Virus record (IMG/VR): IMGVR_UViG_3300042507_004106 | Length of the DNA stretch: 64,000 nt | From: a virus | Lineage: Duplodnaviria; Caudoviricetes | Reading direction: 5' to 3' (one strand) | In this document: positions 50,980 to 61,438 of the stretch, one piece after another | Layout of the letters: each line of letters opens with the position of its first letter | How positions within the stretch are numbered: the first letter of the stretch is position 1 | Translations under genes and position numbers: made by a program | The notes under the pieces: generated by a model | The model's database searches: none | What the model was told of the DNA's origin: nothing | The model's input: only the letters and a program-made list of their open reading frames with translations

Positions 50980-51001
50980 AGTTGTTAAACCTCTAGGTTA
51001 A

Positions 51002-53152
51002 TTAGAATGTTCCGATTACTTCTTCAAAGTCAACACCAGTCTTGGTGGCGATGAAGGTCAGACCGATGAAGTTAATCGATCTGGAAGGTTTAATATAGAT
51101 ATCAGCAACGAATTCATTATTATCTATAATAGCAGCTGTGTTATTTGTTTCATCACAAACAACAACGTAATCAAAAATACCTCTCTTAGCTTGAACATCA
51201 CGGAGGAAAGGTTCAATAGTGTTTACAAAGTTCGTTCTAGTGATCTCGTCATTGAATTCAAAGAGTTGATCTTTTGCTGCCTGGGAAATAGCGTCCTCAA
51301 GATAAACAAAGAGACGACGAACATTGATTCTATCAAATGCTGATGCCTTAGCAAGAGCAGTTCTATCTCCAAAGAGAATAATTCCAGCACCTGGTGAGAA
51401 AATAACTGGATTAACTCTATTGCTATAGAGGCGATCTCTTTGTGATTTTGATGGGTTGTAAGGTAGTTTTACTGCGTTCAGAATTGCGCCTCTTGAAGTT
51501 CCTGCGGGCGAATACCAAGGGAAGTTATTGATATCATTACGAGCACAAAGACCTGCAATGTCTCCATTCAGAGGAACATATCTGAAAGTATTTGAGAATC
51601 TATCATACATGTACTTATATCCACTATCAAATACTGCATATGACGAAGAAGCAATTGAAGAGTAGAATGATAGAACGTTAGATGTGATAGTTTCTGCAGA
51701 ATTTACTGTTACAGCAGTTTGTGATGATGTATCAGTAATTGCTGCTCCCCTATATGGTGAAATGAATGCGATCGAATCTTTTCTAAGTTCTGCTACAGAG
51801 ATTAACTTGTTTGCAAGTGCTTGAGCAGTTTCTTTACCATATCCAGCAGATCCCATTAAGAGGAAGTCTACCTTAAAGTTCTCTGTATTTTCAAAAAGAT
51901 CATATCCAGCAGAGAGATTTGATAGATCTACAGTTAGAGCTCCTGCAGTTGTTAAACCTACTGATCCATCGTAATTTTTGCCGCCAGTTAATGTATTCGT
52001 TGTTGCTCCAGTAGCAGCAAAGGTAATTCCTTCAGCTGGTTGATCCCAACCGATATCGGTAACTTTGGCGAATCCAGAACTAAATCCTGTAGTTACAATA
52101 CCTGCAGGTGCTCCGCCAGCGAAAACATACTCGGAATTAGTTGCAAGATACTTTCTCCAATAGGATGGAGATCCTGCAGAAAATTCAGCATCGGTTGCTT
52201 TAGAAAGACTTAAATGCTTTTCTAGAATGGTTCCTGCATTTCCAGTTACCTCTCCGATAGCATCAATAACTACAACGTGAACTTCATCAAATCTGGAATT
52301 TCTTGCATCAGCGTATGCAGTGGTCGATGGTCTTGGTGCTACATTATTCCAGTTAATTGATGATGTGGTTGTTAGACCAATTGTTTGTTGATCAAACCAA
52401 TCAAACGATAAAGAAACTGCAGTAGTTGAAACTCCAACACTGCTGTTATTGATTACTGTTACATTACCTGTAGTTGTGAATGAATATAAACCATTTGGTT
52501 GATAATCAACTGCAGTTTCGGTTCCTGCAACAGATACCTGACTTAAAACTTTTACGCCGATCGTACCTGAACCAATCTCAGTAATGATTCCTTTTAAATA
52601 TCCAGATGCTGCAGAAGTTGCACCAACACCAGCAACGATACCGGTTAAAGCTTGGGTAATTCCGTAACCTACAACAGCTCCAGTTGTATTGATTCCGAGA
52701 ATTTGGTCTGCCTTAGCATCAATAATCGCTACTTTGAGACCATTTGCCCAAGAACCAGGGTTCTTTGATGCAAATACAACATCAGCAATAGTATTATCGT
52801 CGTAACCAAGTTCTTCGTAATGCTGTAAACTCTTAATTTTTACACTGGATGCAGTTCCAACGAAAGCATTTCTCAGTTGTGCATCATCAGCTCTTACAAC
52901 TCTGAGTGAACCACCATAAGAAAGATATGATGATGCAACTAACCAATGCTCATAGTGCTTATCTACTGAGTATGGTTCTCCAAAATTGTTTAACAATGCA
53001 TTTTCATTTTCTACCAAAGTTGGAGAATCTACAGGTCCTTTAGCAAATGGTGCTACAATTGCACCTATTTTGTTTGATGAAGGAGTAGCTCTTCCAATTG
53101 TTAAATCAACTTCCCTTACTACAATTCCAGGAGATGCTAAATTTAGCGGCAT
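51002..53152 (-). CDS. gp18: Contractile tail sheath protein
   Basis: SPGIVVREVD, NPGSWAN, PWYSPAG, FDRINVRRLF, FEFNDE. Confidence 0.97.
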   Translation of the reverse strand: MPLNLASPGIVVREVDLTIGRATPSSNKIGAIVAPFAKGPVDSPTLVENENALLNNFGEPYSVDKHYEHWLVASSYLSYGGSLRVVRADDAQLRNAFVGTASSVKIKSLQHYEELGYDDNTIADVVFASKNPGSWANGLKVAIIDAKADQILGINTTGAVVGYGITQALTGIVAGVGATSAASGYLKGIITEIGSGTIGVKVLSQVSVAGTETAVDYQPNGLYSFTTTGNVTVINNSSVGVSTTAVSLSFDWFDQQTIGLTTTSSINWNNVAPRPSTTAYADARNSRFDEVHVVVIDAIGEVTGNAGTILEKHLSLSKATDAEFSAGSPSYWRKYLATNSEYVFAGGAPAGIVTTGFSSGFAKVTDIGWDQPAEGITFAATGATTNTLTGGKNYDGSVGLTTAGALTVDLSNLSAGYDLFENTENFKVDFLLMGSAGYGKETAQALANKLISVAELRKDSIAFISPYRGAAITDTSSQTAVTVNSAETITSNVLSFYSSIASSSYAVFDSGYKYMYDRFSNTFRYVPLNGDIAGLCARNDINNFPWYSPAGTSRGAILNAVKLPYNPSKSQRDRLYSNRVNPVIFSPGAGIILFGDRTALAKASAFDRINVRRLFVYLEDAISQAAKDQLFEFNDEITRTNFVNTIEPFLRDVQAKRGIFDYVVVCDETNNTAAIIDNNEFVADIYIKPSRSINFIGLTFIATKTGVDFEEVIGTF

Positions 53153-53212
53153 CTTTATTCTCCGTCTATCCAGAATTATTCTAAAAGTATTTATAATTTC
53201 CTATGGTTTAAT

Positions 53213-54907
53213 CTATCTGTAGTCCCACATATAAGATCTGTCTCCATACTCATCTAAATTCCAAACTTCTAGTGGTTTATTATCGGATGATCCTGCAAAC
53301 ATCCACCTGTCTCCAGTTCCGTGTTCTACAAGAATATCCATTTCATCTAATCCATCAGATATAAAACCGAATGGGGACATATCTTGCTCAATTTGATTTT
53401 TCTGCTCTTCATAAATTCTTTTACGGACATCATTATCCGTCATTTCTTTGAAATAATCCTGAGCAACTAACCAAGAGAAGATTACAAGACACATCGCTAA
53501 GTCGTCATTACAACCTTCTTCTGCTTCAAATGAATTATGCTTTTGTGCAAATGTTGTTAATTCTGATATAATATCATAATCTACCGTAAGGAGTTTATCA
53601 TCCTCTAATAAAGTTTTGAGGTTGGAGCATCCCAACTTTTTAACTGCAGCAGTCATACGAACTCCGAGTTGGGATTTTTTACCACTAAATCCAGATCCAA
53701 CAATTTGCCCAGCACGACCACGCATCGCACACATTAAAACATTATCATACTCAAGATCAAAATGAAGAATATTAGATACCTGATCCCCAATATCATTAAC
53801 TTCAATTAATAACCAAGCATCATTGTATCCTTTTGCTACCTCGTATATAATACTTGGAAATAGCATCGGTTTAATCTCATTATTTCTATACTTCGCTACA
53901 ACTTTATATGGAAAGTTAGTTATATCAAAAACAATAAATGCAGAGTAGTCGTTTCCAAGACCTCTTGCAACGTCAACTGTGATTAGGTAGTTATGCTCCT
54001 CTTTTGGATTTACATATACATCTAATCCAGCATTTCTCTTAATCGGATCTTCATAAACAAGATTTCTCAATTTTGATGGATTAATAAGAGTATTAACCGA
54101 TCCTAAAAACTCACACTCAAACTCAACTTTGAACTGTTGTTCGGAAGTGTTCGCAATCGTCTGTTCCTTCCACGCAGCGTCCCTTCCGGGCACTTCAGAC
54201 CAATGAACATCAGTAGGTACATATTCGTTCTTGCCGCGTTCAGCGTCATGCCACATACGGTAGAAGTGGTTCATACCGCGTGGTGTTGAAACGATGATTA
54301 CCTTCGTGCTCTGTCCAGAAGAAATAGTAGGATAAACAGATGCAAAGAAGTCATCAGCAATGTGATTTGGAATGAACGCGAATTCGTCAAGAAAGATGAC
54401 ATTATAGGATCCGCCTCGGACAGCAGATGAGGAAGTAGAGTTAGATGAAATTTTGGATCCATTTTCTAGTTCCAGAGATCCTTTATTCCAAGATATAATA
54501 CCTTGTTGCATCCATTTTGGTAAGTTCTCATAAGCAAGTTGTAATCTACCAAGTAAATCTCTAGCAGTAGATGCTTTGTTTGCTAAAATAGCTATGTTTA
54601 CATTATCGTTGAATACGGCATAATGTAGTAAGTATGAGACGCAAGTTGTAGATTTACCCGTCTGCCGGGGCATCTTACAAATATTAAATCTGTTCTTGTG
54701 AAAGTTTTCAATCAACTTCTCTTGAAATGGATACATCTCAAAAGGAACTAGACCGTGATCAAGAGATACGATCTTAATATAATTTCTAGCAAAATATACA
54801 GGATCTTCTTTACACTTTAAGAACTCAATAATTTGTTCTTCAGTGAATTGAATTTGTGTATTCGCTTTTTTCAGGTTTGGATTTCCCAAATAGATATTAT
54901 CACTCAT
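53213..54907 (-). CDS. gp17: Terminase large subunit
   Basis: MPRQTGKST, IFLDEFAF, STPRG, TVDVARG, DDLAM. Confidence 0.98.
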   Translation of the reverse strand: MSDNIYLGNPNLKKANTQIQFTEEQIIEFLKCKEDPVYFARNYIKIVSLDHGLVPFEMYPFQEKLIENFHKNRFNICKMPRQTGKSTTCVSYLLHYAVFNDNVNIAILANKASTARDLLGRLQLAYENLPKWMQQGIISWNKGSLELENGSKISSNSTSSSAVRGGSYNVIFLDEFAFIPNHIADDFFASVYPTISSGQSTKVIIVSTPRGMNHFYRMWHDAERGKNEYVPTDVHWSEVPGRDAAWKEQTIANTSEQQFKVEFECEFLGSVNTLINPSKLRNLVYEDPIKRNAGLDVYVNPKEEHNYLITVDVARGLGNDYSAFIVFDITNFPYKVVAKYRNNEIKPMLFPSIIYEVAKGYNDAWLLIEVNDIGDQVSNILHFDLEYDNVLMCAMRGRAGQIVGSGFSGKKSQLGVRMTAAVKKLGCSNLKTLLEDDKLLTVDYDIISELTTFAQKHNSFEAEEGCNDDLAMCLVIFSWLVAQDYFKEMTDNDVRKRIYEEQKNQIEQDMSPFGFISDGLDEMDILVEHGTGDRWMFAGSSDNKPLEVWNLDEYGDRSYMWDYR

Positions 54908-54913
54908 AATAAG

Positions 54914-56224
54914 TTACCTACTAATTTCTTCCCAGTCCATAGACCCGTGAATATCTGCACCATTAGCATTGGAAGAAGCAACGAGAGAAAGTTCATAAGG
55001 TGTCCCATTTAATGCATCTCTTTCTAACTGAAACTTGAATAATGCCTCTTTAAGAATATCAACCGGTGTTGAACCTTGATTAGACCCGTACAAATATCCA
55101 GATGCTAATATTCTTCCACCAGTATAAGTTCCACCATCAATTTTATATTCAACAGAACTATCAAGACCAGCATCATTCCAAGTTCCACCAACAGATGTTC
55201 CAGATGCTCTTACTTGCCAGTTATAAGTTGCATTATTTGTAATACCAAGAATTGAAAGTGCAGTTAGAATTACAATTGCATCCAATCTATTTGGTGTTGC
55301 TTTAAGGCGAATTGATATAACTGTATAATAAGTTCCTGCCGTTGTTAAATCGACTGGTGTTTGAACAGGTGTTCCAACTGCCTGCTGCAATCCACGCAGT
55401 TCATAACCACCTTCTGAGATAACAGTAGAACAAACCTGTTTGAGTGTGCTTGCACTAGTTGTAATTCCAGTGTTAGCAATCTCATATCTCAAAGGAAGAG
55501 ATGCTGTTGTAATATAAGTTGATTGAATTAAGTTTGCGTGATGAAATGAGTGTGCATGAATAAACTTTCCATCAATTACGAATCCAAGTCTTACTGTACC
55601 AAGTCCCAGCCACTCAATATCCATCCAAAGAATTTGTGCTTTGGAGATATCTAATGTAATACCAGAAACACCAGTTCCATCTAATTTATCAATATTCCAA
55701 TCAGATTGTGCAACTGAAGTTGAAGTTCCAGTAGATAAACTTCTTTCTACAAAATAAGGTGTTGTTCCATTAATTTCAAAATACATTCCGTTATCAGCAC
55801 CAAAATATCCAACTCTTTGTCTTAAGTTTGTTTTTGGTGTAGCAGGAATGAAAGTATTTAAAACAAGTAATGATTTCCCTGGTTGATAAGAGAATACTTT
55901 TGTAGTTTCTCTAATAACAGAATCACCACTTGTAGTTCCAATTCCAATATTGACTAATCCTTGAGCAGTTACAAATCCAACTGTAGAACCAGTTCCTACA
56001 ATCAAACTATTCCAAAGATTGTTGTCTCCATATCTATGAGAGGAATCAAATAAGGTAAGTGGTTGAGATGTTCTAGTTCTTCCAAAAGCATCTGGATTTA
56101 CACTTACAGGAAATCTATTATAGTTATCAACAACATTTCCATCCCTCGTTGCGATTAAGGGAACCTCAAAAAGTGTTCTTTCTTGATTTAGAAAGTCTTG
56201 TTCATTTTTATTCCACTGTGCCAT
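54914..56224 (-). CDS. Probable virion structural protein (beta-rich)
   Basis: 436 aa Thr/Gly/Ser-rich; SYQPGKS, QRVGYF, WLGLG motifs; in the late cluster. Confidence 0.65.
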   Translation of the reverse strand: MAQWNKNEQDFLNQERTLFEVPLIATRDGNVVDNYNRFPVSVNPDAFGRTRTSQPLTLFDSSHRYGDNNLWNSLIVGTGSTVGFVTAQGLVNIGIGTTSGDSVIRETTKVFSYQPGKSLLVLNTFIPATPKTNLRQRVGYFGADNGMYFEINGTTPYFVERSLSTGTSTSVAQSDWNIDKLDGTGVSGITLDISKAQILWMDIEWLGLGTVRLGFVIDGKFIHAHSFHHANLIQSTYITTASLPLRYEIANTGITTSASTLKQVCSTVISEGGYELRGLQQAVGTPVQTPVDLTTAGTYYTVISIRLKATPNRLDAIVILTALSILGITNNATYNWQVRASGTSVGGTWNDAGLDSSVEYKIDGGTYTGGRILASGYLYGSNQGSTPVDILKEALFKFQLERDALNGTPYELSLVASSNANGADIHGSMDWEEISR

Positions 56225-56227
56225 AAA

Positions 56228-56536
56228 TTACTCACCCCACGATAATCTTTCTGGTCTGTATCTTTCTGCGTTTTTAACTTTTATAGAAGTAGATTCTGCT
56301 GGATAGATATTATGAACTATCGCTCCAGGATATTCTTTTTGCAGTTGCTCTGCAAGTTGATTTTTATCCATCATCTTACCTTCAACTTCCATACGATATA
56401 ATCTTCCTTGCCAAACTACATCTGCAAGAAAAGATTCGGTTGCTGTCTCTGGTTGAGATGAATTCATATAGAGATTTCCATTGAAATCTCCAGCAATATT
56501 GATACTTTCTGAAATGAATTGTTGAAAAGATTTCAT
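56228..56536 (-). CDS. Small protein with CTS-like N-terminus
   Basis: MKSFQQFISE|S. Confidence 0.75.
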   Translation of the reverse strand: MKSFQQFISESINIAGDFNGNLYMNSSQPETATESFLADVVWQGRLYRMEVEGKMMDKNQLAEQLQKEYPGAIVHNIYPAESTSIKVKNAERYRPERLSWGE

Positions 56537-56537
56537 T

Positions 56538-57962
56538 TTAGTTGCAGTTCCAACGACGGAGGGCTTTGTTGATTCTGGAATCTGGATCTCTTGCAGTTTT
56601 TGTGGAAGTCAGTTTTGATTTCATTCCAGACATACGACGGCAGAATGAAGCACGACGTTTTGCTCTTTTACCTTCTGGATTTTTTTCAGTTACTGCAGTT
56701 TGAAGTTTTGAACCTGGATTCTCGCGACGATATGCATTAACTGCTTTTTGACTTAAACCATCAGTCTTATCTTGACGATTAACTTTTTGCCAGTCTTCCG
56801 ATAATCCAAAGTCTGCTCTCCAGTTTGAATATTCCTCTACCTTCATTTCACCACTATCGATATAATCTGCGGCAGCATCAATATAATCTGCTGCTTTAGT
56901 AATTTTTGATTGAACCCACGCTTCAATATTACCTTCGCCCTTCATTTTTTTACGAAGTCTCTTTGCAGCAGAGATGATTGTAGAAATTTCTGAGCGAGCC
57001 ATTGAGTGCTCATGATCATAAGACTCTGGAAAATTACCAGGATGTACAGTTGCGATATTATATTTTAATTGATTAGTTGTTAGTGCTGAAGGAATTGAGA
57101 ACATATCCCAATACTTTGGTCCATATTTGCACTCACTTCTAGTTTCATCTTTTTTGCATTTTGGACAATATCTGATCATTGATTGTTCCTCCTTTACTGG
57201 TACACAATTTGGGACCATTTTTTTACCTTTTTTCTTCATTCCTTCTTGCTTATATCCATCCCAACAATCTTCTGATTTAGTTCCCCAGTTAGCAGCACCA
57301 ACCTTACGGCACTTAACCAATGCTCCTGATGCATATGCACTTGGCCAAACATCATATCTAGATTTTACTTTTTGATAACAAGCATCTTTCTTACCACTAC
57401 CCTTGCCTGGTTTATCTTTAACTTCTTGTAAGTTCATTTCTTCAGTTCTTACGTTTGTTGGTTTAGCGCCACCAGTTTTTTCTGGTTGATTTGGATCTAA
57501 TCTATTTTTTCTTCTTCTTGCCGCCTCTTCTTCATCTTTAGACAAAGATCTTTTCATTTTTGAACTTCCGCATTTTGGAGTAGAAGTTTGACCTGGTTGA
57601 CGGGCACAAGGTTTACCTGCCCATTTTCCACCTAACTGAACCCACCCCCTTTTACCATCAGATGATTTAGATTTATTAAACCAATCGTGAAGACCTTGAT
57701 CCCCAGAAGTAGTTTCTTCTTTCACATCCTTAAACTTTTTATGATGCTTTTTAGCATCTGACTCCATTTTTTTCAAACGAGTATAATAATCTGGAATTTC
57801 ATCTAGATGTTGAAGAGCAATATCTGTAGCAAGATCTTTATCTCTAGTATGCTCGTGCTCAATAGGAATTCCCATTTCAAGTTGCTTTCTTATGAAAGAA
57901 GCATCTAAGCGATGTTTCTTCGCAATTTCTTCAACTGTTTTATGGGGTTTGACCTTATGCAC
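56538..57962 (-). CDS. Late multi-module basic protein (candidate polyprotein)
   Basis: GTG start after TCTAAATA (57996-57989); several discrete His/Cys-containing modules bounded by x-x-E sites. Confidence 0.8.
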   Translation of the reverse strand: MHKVKPHKTVEEIAKKHRLDASFIRKQLEMGIPIEHEHTRDKDLATDIALQHLDEIPDYYTRLKKMESDAKKHHKKFKDVKEETTSGDQGLHDWFNKSKSSDGKRGWVQLGGKWAGKPCARQPGQTSTPKCGSSKMKRSLSKDEEEAARRRKNRLDPNQPEKTGGAKPTNVRTEEMNLQEVKDKPGKGSGKKDACYQKVKSRYDVWPSAYASGALVKCRKVGAANWGTKSEDCWDGYKQEGMKKKGKKMVPNCVPVKEEQSMIRYCPKCKKDETRSECKYGPKYWDMFSIPSALTTNQLKYNIATVHPGNFPESYDHEHSMARSEISTIISAAKRLRKKMKGEGNIEAWVQSKITKAADYIDAAADYIDSGEMKVEEYSNWRADFGLSEDWQKVNRQDKTDGLSQKAVNAYRRENPGSKLQTAVTEKNPEGKRAKRRASFCRRMSGMKSKLTSTKTARDPDSRINKALRRWNCN

Positions 57963-57977
57963 AATAATAAAAAATTA

Positions 57978-58400
57978 TTACTCTTTATTATTTAGAAAAC
58001 CTTGTTTGAGTAGTTTTGAAAGTTCTGATGTAGATCCAACAAATACCGCATTGTTTGTAACGTTATTGGTTGTTTTAACTACATCTTCTTCAACATCTTT
58101 AAGTTTCTTTTGAAGATCAATTAGTTTATCTGTAACATCTCCAACAGATTTAATTAACTGACCTGCAACTTCATATGCTCTTGGACTCCCTCCCTCTCCA
58201 GCAAGTTCCATTATTCCATTAATCGCCTCTTGACCCTTCTCAATCAATGAATACAAATTTGCACGAGTGTATTCATAGTCTTTTTTTATGTCGTCAGACT
58301 TTAATGGTGCAATATTTAATTGCTCTTTTACTTCGTCTACTTCGACTATTTTACTCTCGATGTTGAGAGCATCGTCCAATCCCTCATAATTATTCTTCAT
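57978..58400 (-). CDS. gp16: Terminase small subunit
   Basis: DYEYTRANLYSLIEKG, SPRAYEVAGQLIK, NNAVFVGSTSEL. Confidence 0.9.
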   Translation of the reverse strand: MKNNYEGLDDALNIESKIVEVDEVKEQLNIAPLKSDDIKKDYEYTRANLYSLIEKGQEAINGIMELAGEGGSPRAYEVAGQLIKSVGDVTDKLIDLQKKLKDVEEDVVKTTNNVTNNAVFVGSTSELSKLLKQGFLNNKE

Positions 58401-58405
58401 AATTC

Positions 58406-59203
58406 TCAAATATCAGTTTGTTGTGTTGGACTAAATGTTTTTGAGTCCGAAAAATCTAACCATTCCTCATCAAATCCAAAATTATCACCAGGTTCTGCAT
58501 CGTAAGGATCTGGTTGAACAGTGTATCTAACTTCTCTCTTAGCAGTTTGTCTATTCGCATCGGTATACATATCAACCTGAACCTTACGAATAAGACCATC
58601 AGTGGTATCTGCAATAGGACCAAACAGATATGCTTTTACTGTAAAATTGAAAGTATAGATCAAAATTCTTCTTGTAGAAAAATCACCTTCATAATCATCG
58701 GTAAAAGATACATTATCTAAAACAACAGGAATATCCCTCTTTTCCCCAATTGAATCAACTAAATCTACAGTTAGATTAAATGAAGGTTGGAAATAAGGCA
58801 AAATTTGCTCAACAACTTGTAGAGCATCATCTTGAAGTTTGGTCATTAGATTCAATTGGAATCCAATATTATATGGAACTGGAAGAAAAACCTTCTTAAG
58901 ATTTGACCCATCACATGCTCTAAATGTTTGTGTTACATTTGCTTTTCGAGTCGGATCATATTGAATGGAATTCATTTCAAATGCCAGTCTAGGCAAAGTC
59001 ATGGCAATTGGTTTATTAAGTTCAGGTTGCTGCTCAATTCTTGCTAAGAATTTTTGAATGGGTCCATATGCTAACGGAACCTTCATCTCACTAATACTAT
59101 CTCCAGAAGAATCTTTATGTCGTATATAAATTTCATTAAATAATGTGCCAAAGGCAATTACTGTTCTTCTTATTATTTCATGATAATAATAGTTTCCTAA
59201 CAT
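58406..59203 (-). CDS. gp15: Tail sheath stabilizer / neck completion protein
   Basis: YYYHEIIRR..AFGTLFN, VPLAYGP, LPRLAFE, PVPYNI, QILPYFQP. Confidence 0.95.
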   Translation of the reverse strand: MLGNYYYHEIIRRTVIAFGTLFNEIYIRHKDSSGDSISEMKVPLAYGPIQKFLARIEQQPELNKPIAMTLPRLAFEMNSIQYDPTRKANVTQTFRACDGSNLKKVFLPVPYNIGFQLNLMTKLQDDALQVVEQILPYFQPSFNLTVDLVDSIGEKRDIPVVLDNVSFTDDYEGDFSTRRILIYTFNFTVKAYLFGPIADTTDGLIRKVQVDMYTDANRQTAKREVRYTVQPDPYDAEPGDNFGFDEEWLDFSDSKTFSPTQQTDI

Positions 59204-60594
59204 TAGAAGGTCCCAAATGGATTAGATTCTGTGAAATCGATGATGCCGTCCGCAGCATTTTCAATTTCTATATTTTCACTATATTTATCATATAGATCCC
59301 AATTATTATAAGATTGTACCGAATATATTGCACTAGATGCTGCTCCAACAACAAGTTCTCCAGGATAGAATCCTTTAGTTGTGACGTTATCTACAAAAGA
59401 AACCTTAAGAATCTTAGTATCACTATCCCAATATTTAACACGAGCTCTTGTTCCAGAACTCGATCCAAATACTTCCTCATTAAACAGATAAGTTCCAATT
59501 CCAGATAAAACTGGTGGTGGAGCAATGATAACTGTTGGGGCAACAGTATATCCAGAACCAGGATTTACAATCCTAATAGAACTAATTGATTGTCCAGCAC
59601 CAACTATTGCGATAGCAGATGCTGTCTGTCCAGAACCAACAGATCCAACAATGCTCACTATTGGTGAATTTACATATCCAATACCATTGTTTGTAACATC
59701 AAATTTCACAATTCCACTTCTAATAGTTTCAATAGAACAAGTGGCTAATGCATCAGATCCACCTCCTCCAACTATAGAAATTATTGGCGCAACTGTATAT
59801 CCTGCACCAGCATTTGTAAGTTGAATAGACTGAATTGAATAAACTCCAGCTCTAGAGGTTGTAATTGCTACAGCAGATGCATTTATGCCACCTATTGGTG
59901 CGGATGAAATTGCTACAGTTGGAGTAGTTGTATAATCATATCCATCATTGTTTAAAAATATTTGACGTATATATCCAGTACCAATTGTCGATGTAGCTTC
60001 TGCTGTAGATCCTAAACCAATTAATTGTAATGTGCTGATATATCCCTGATCTTCTATTTGCGTATCAATTTCATCAATACTTGTATCAATGACCTCATCT
60101 TCATATTCAAATAGTTCACATCTCAATTCATAGACATATAACTTACCTAGTTGATAAAAATTGACTTCATGCTCTACAAATTTTACTTCAAAAAGTCTTT
60201 GTCCCAATGGAAAATAAACCAAATCTCCTTCCCTTGGTCTTGAAGCAAGAACAATTTCATCATCATTTAAACCATCTAAAAATGGAGATATAAAGTCTTC
60301 AAAACGTTCTTTTGAAATAATCAGACTTAATTCATCCTTTAAACTAACACCAAATTTAGTTAATAAGTCTCCCTGACCAGTATATCCATCATAGTTATTA
60401 ATATATGCTTCAATTGCGAAATTATCATCAAATCTTGATGATTGGATTTCTTTTAAGATAGTTTGTTTCCTTACAAATTTTCTGGGTATATAAGTCACCT
60501 CTATACCATAAATTCTCAACTGCTCGTTAATTAATTCTTGAACGAGTCTCTGTTCATTTTGTGATCCCTGTAAGAAAAATGGATTAAGAGTCAT
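59203..60594 (-). CDS. gp14: Neck protein with inserted PGSGYT repeats
   Basis: NPFFLQG, EQLRIYG..YIPR, RPREGDL, FYQLGK; central GxGY(T) repeats. Confidence 0.92.
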   Translation of the reverse strand: MTLNPFFLQGSQNEQRLVQELINEQLRIYGIEVTYIPRKFVRKQTILKEIQSSRFDDNFAIEAYINNYDGYTGQGDLLTKFGVSLKDELSLIISKERFEDFISPFLDGLNDDEIVLASRPREGDLVYFPLGQRLFEVKFVEHEVNFYQLGKLYVYELRCELFEYEDEVIDTSIDEIDTQIEDQGYISTLQLIGLGSTAEATSTIGTGYIRQIFLNNDGYDYTTTPTVAISSAPIGGINASAVAITTSRAGVYSIQSIQLTNAGAGYTVAPIISIVGGGGSDALATCSIETIRSGIVKFDVTNNGIGYVNSPIVSIVGSVGSGQTASAIAIVGAGQSISSIRIVNPGSGYTVAPTVIIAPPPVLSGIGTYLFNEEVFGSSSGTRARVKYWDSDTKILKVSFVDNVTTKGFYPGELVVGAASSAIYSVQSYNNWDLYDKYSENIEIENAADGIIDFTESNPFGTF

Positions 60595-61436
60595 TATCCA
60601 ATAAAGTCGTAAGGTGGAAGTTCATAATCCATAGACATTCTCTGTCTAATACTTTCTATTTCTTTCTCAGCATCGTCATATATTTCTCTACCATTTAGTT
60701 CAATTCCTCCAGGAAGCTTAACTCCTCTGAATTTAATTAAATTTTGTCCCCATTGTCTTTTCATTAATGCAGTTAAATAACGCTTCAAGAAACTATCGTT
60801 ATAAACTCTAGTAAAATCATTTGGGTCTAAAATTCTATAGCAATCAATTACAATAAATGTATCTTTTGCCTTTGAATCCCAATCTATATCCAAATATAAT
60901 CTATCTTGCCTTTTATTAAATCTAATTTGTTTGTCAGTAGAAAGGAGGAAGTCAATATCTTCAAGGTAAGTTTTTACCATTGCATATTGTAAAAGTTCAA
61001 CGGAATTAAAATAATATAAATCATTTAGGAATAATTGATATTTAATGCTCCACATACCAGCGGAGATTGAACTAGTATCAAATTTAAAGATTTTTTCTAT
61101 ACCTATAACACTATCAGGAACCTGAATGAAGTTAGAATTCTCATAAAAATTAAAAGTTGTTGAACCTATACCAGATATATTTCCAGTTGTTGTAGTTGTT
61201 ACAATTCCAACTCCATTTGTACCTTTTGCTTTTCCTCTATCAATATCTTCTTGAGTGATTTTGTATTTCAAATACATTCTTTCCACACCATCAAAGTGTC
61301 TTTCCTGGAAATATTGTAAAGCATCATCAACTAAGTCATCAATTTGTTCATCCGCCAAATTAATTTCTAGTACTGGAGCACCTAACTGTCTTAAGCAATA
61401 ATCAATAAGTTGTTGTCTACTTGCCGGTTTTGACAT
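60594..61436 (-). CDS. gp13: Neck protein
   Basis: YCLRQLGAPVLEIN, QWGQNLIKF.GVKLPGG..LNG, YELPP; start MSKPAS chosen. Confidence 0.95.
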   Translation of the reverse strand: MSKPASRQQLIDYCLRQLGAPVLEINLADEQIDDLVDDALQYFQERHFDGVERMYLKYKITQEDIDRGKAKGTNGVGIVTTTTTGNISGIGSTTFNFYENSNFIQVPDSVIGIEKIFKFDTSSISAGMWSIKYQLFLNDLYYFNSVELLQYAMVKTYLEDIDFLLSTDKQIRFNKRQDRLYLDIDWDSKAKDTFIVIDCYRILDPNDFTRVYNDSFLKRYLTALMKRQWGQNLIKFRGVKLPGGIELNGREIYDDAEKEIESIRQRMSMDYELPPYDFIG

Positions 61437-61438
61437 TT

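Noticed and set aside
8484-54907. Introns or inteins in nrdA, nrdB, gp41, gp43, gp20 and gp17
   Set aside because: All are uninterrupted and of ordinary length, with contiguous catalytic motifs and no intein splice-junction signatures.
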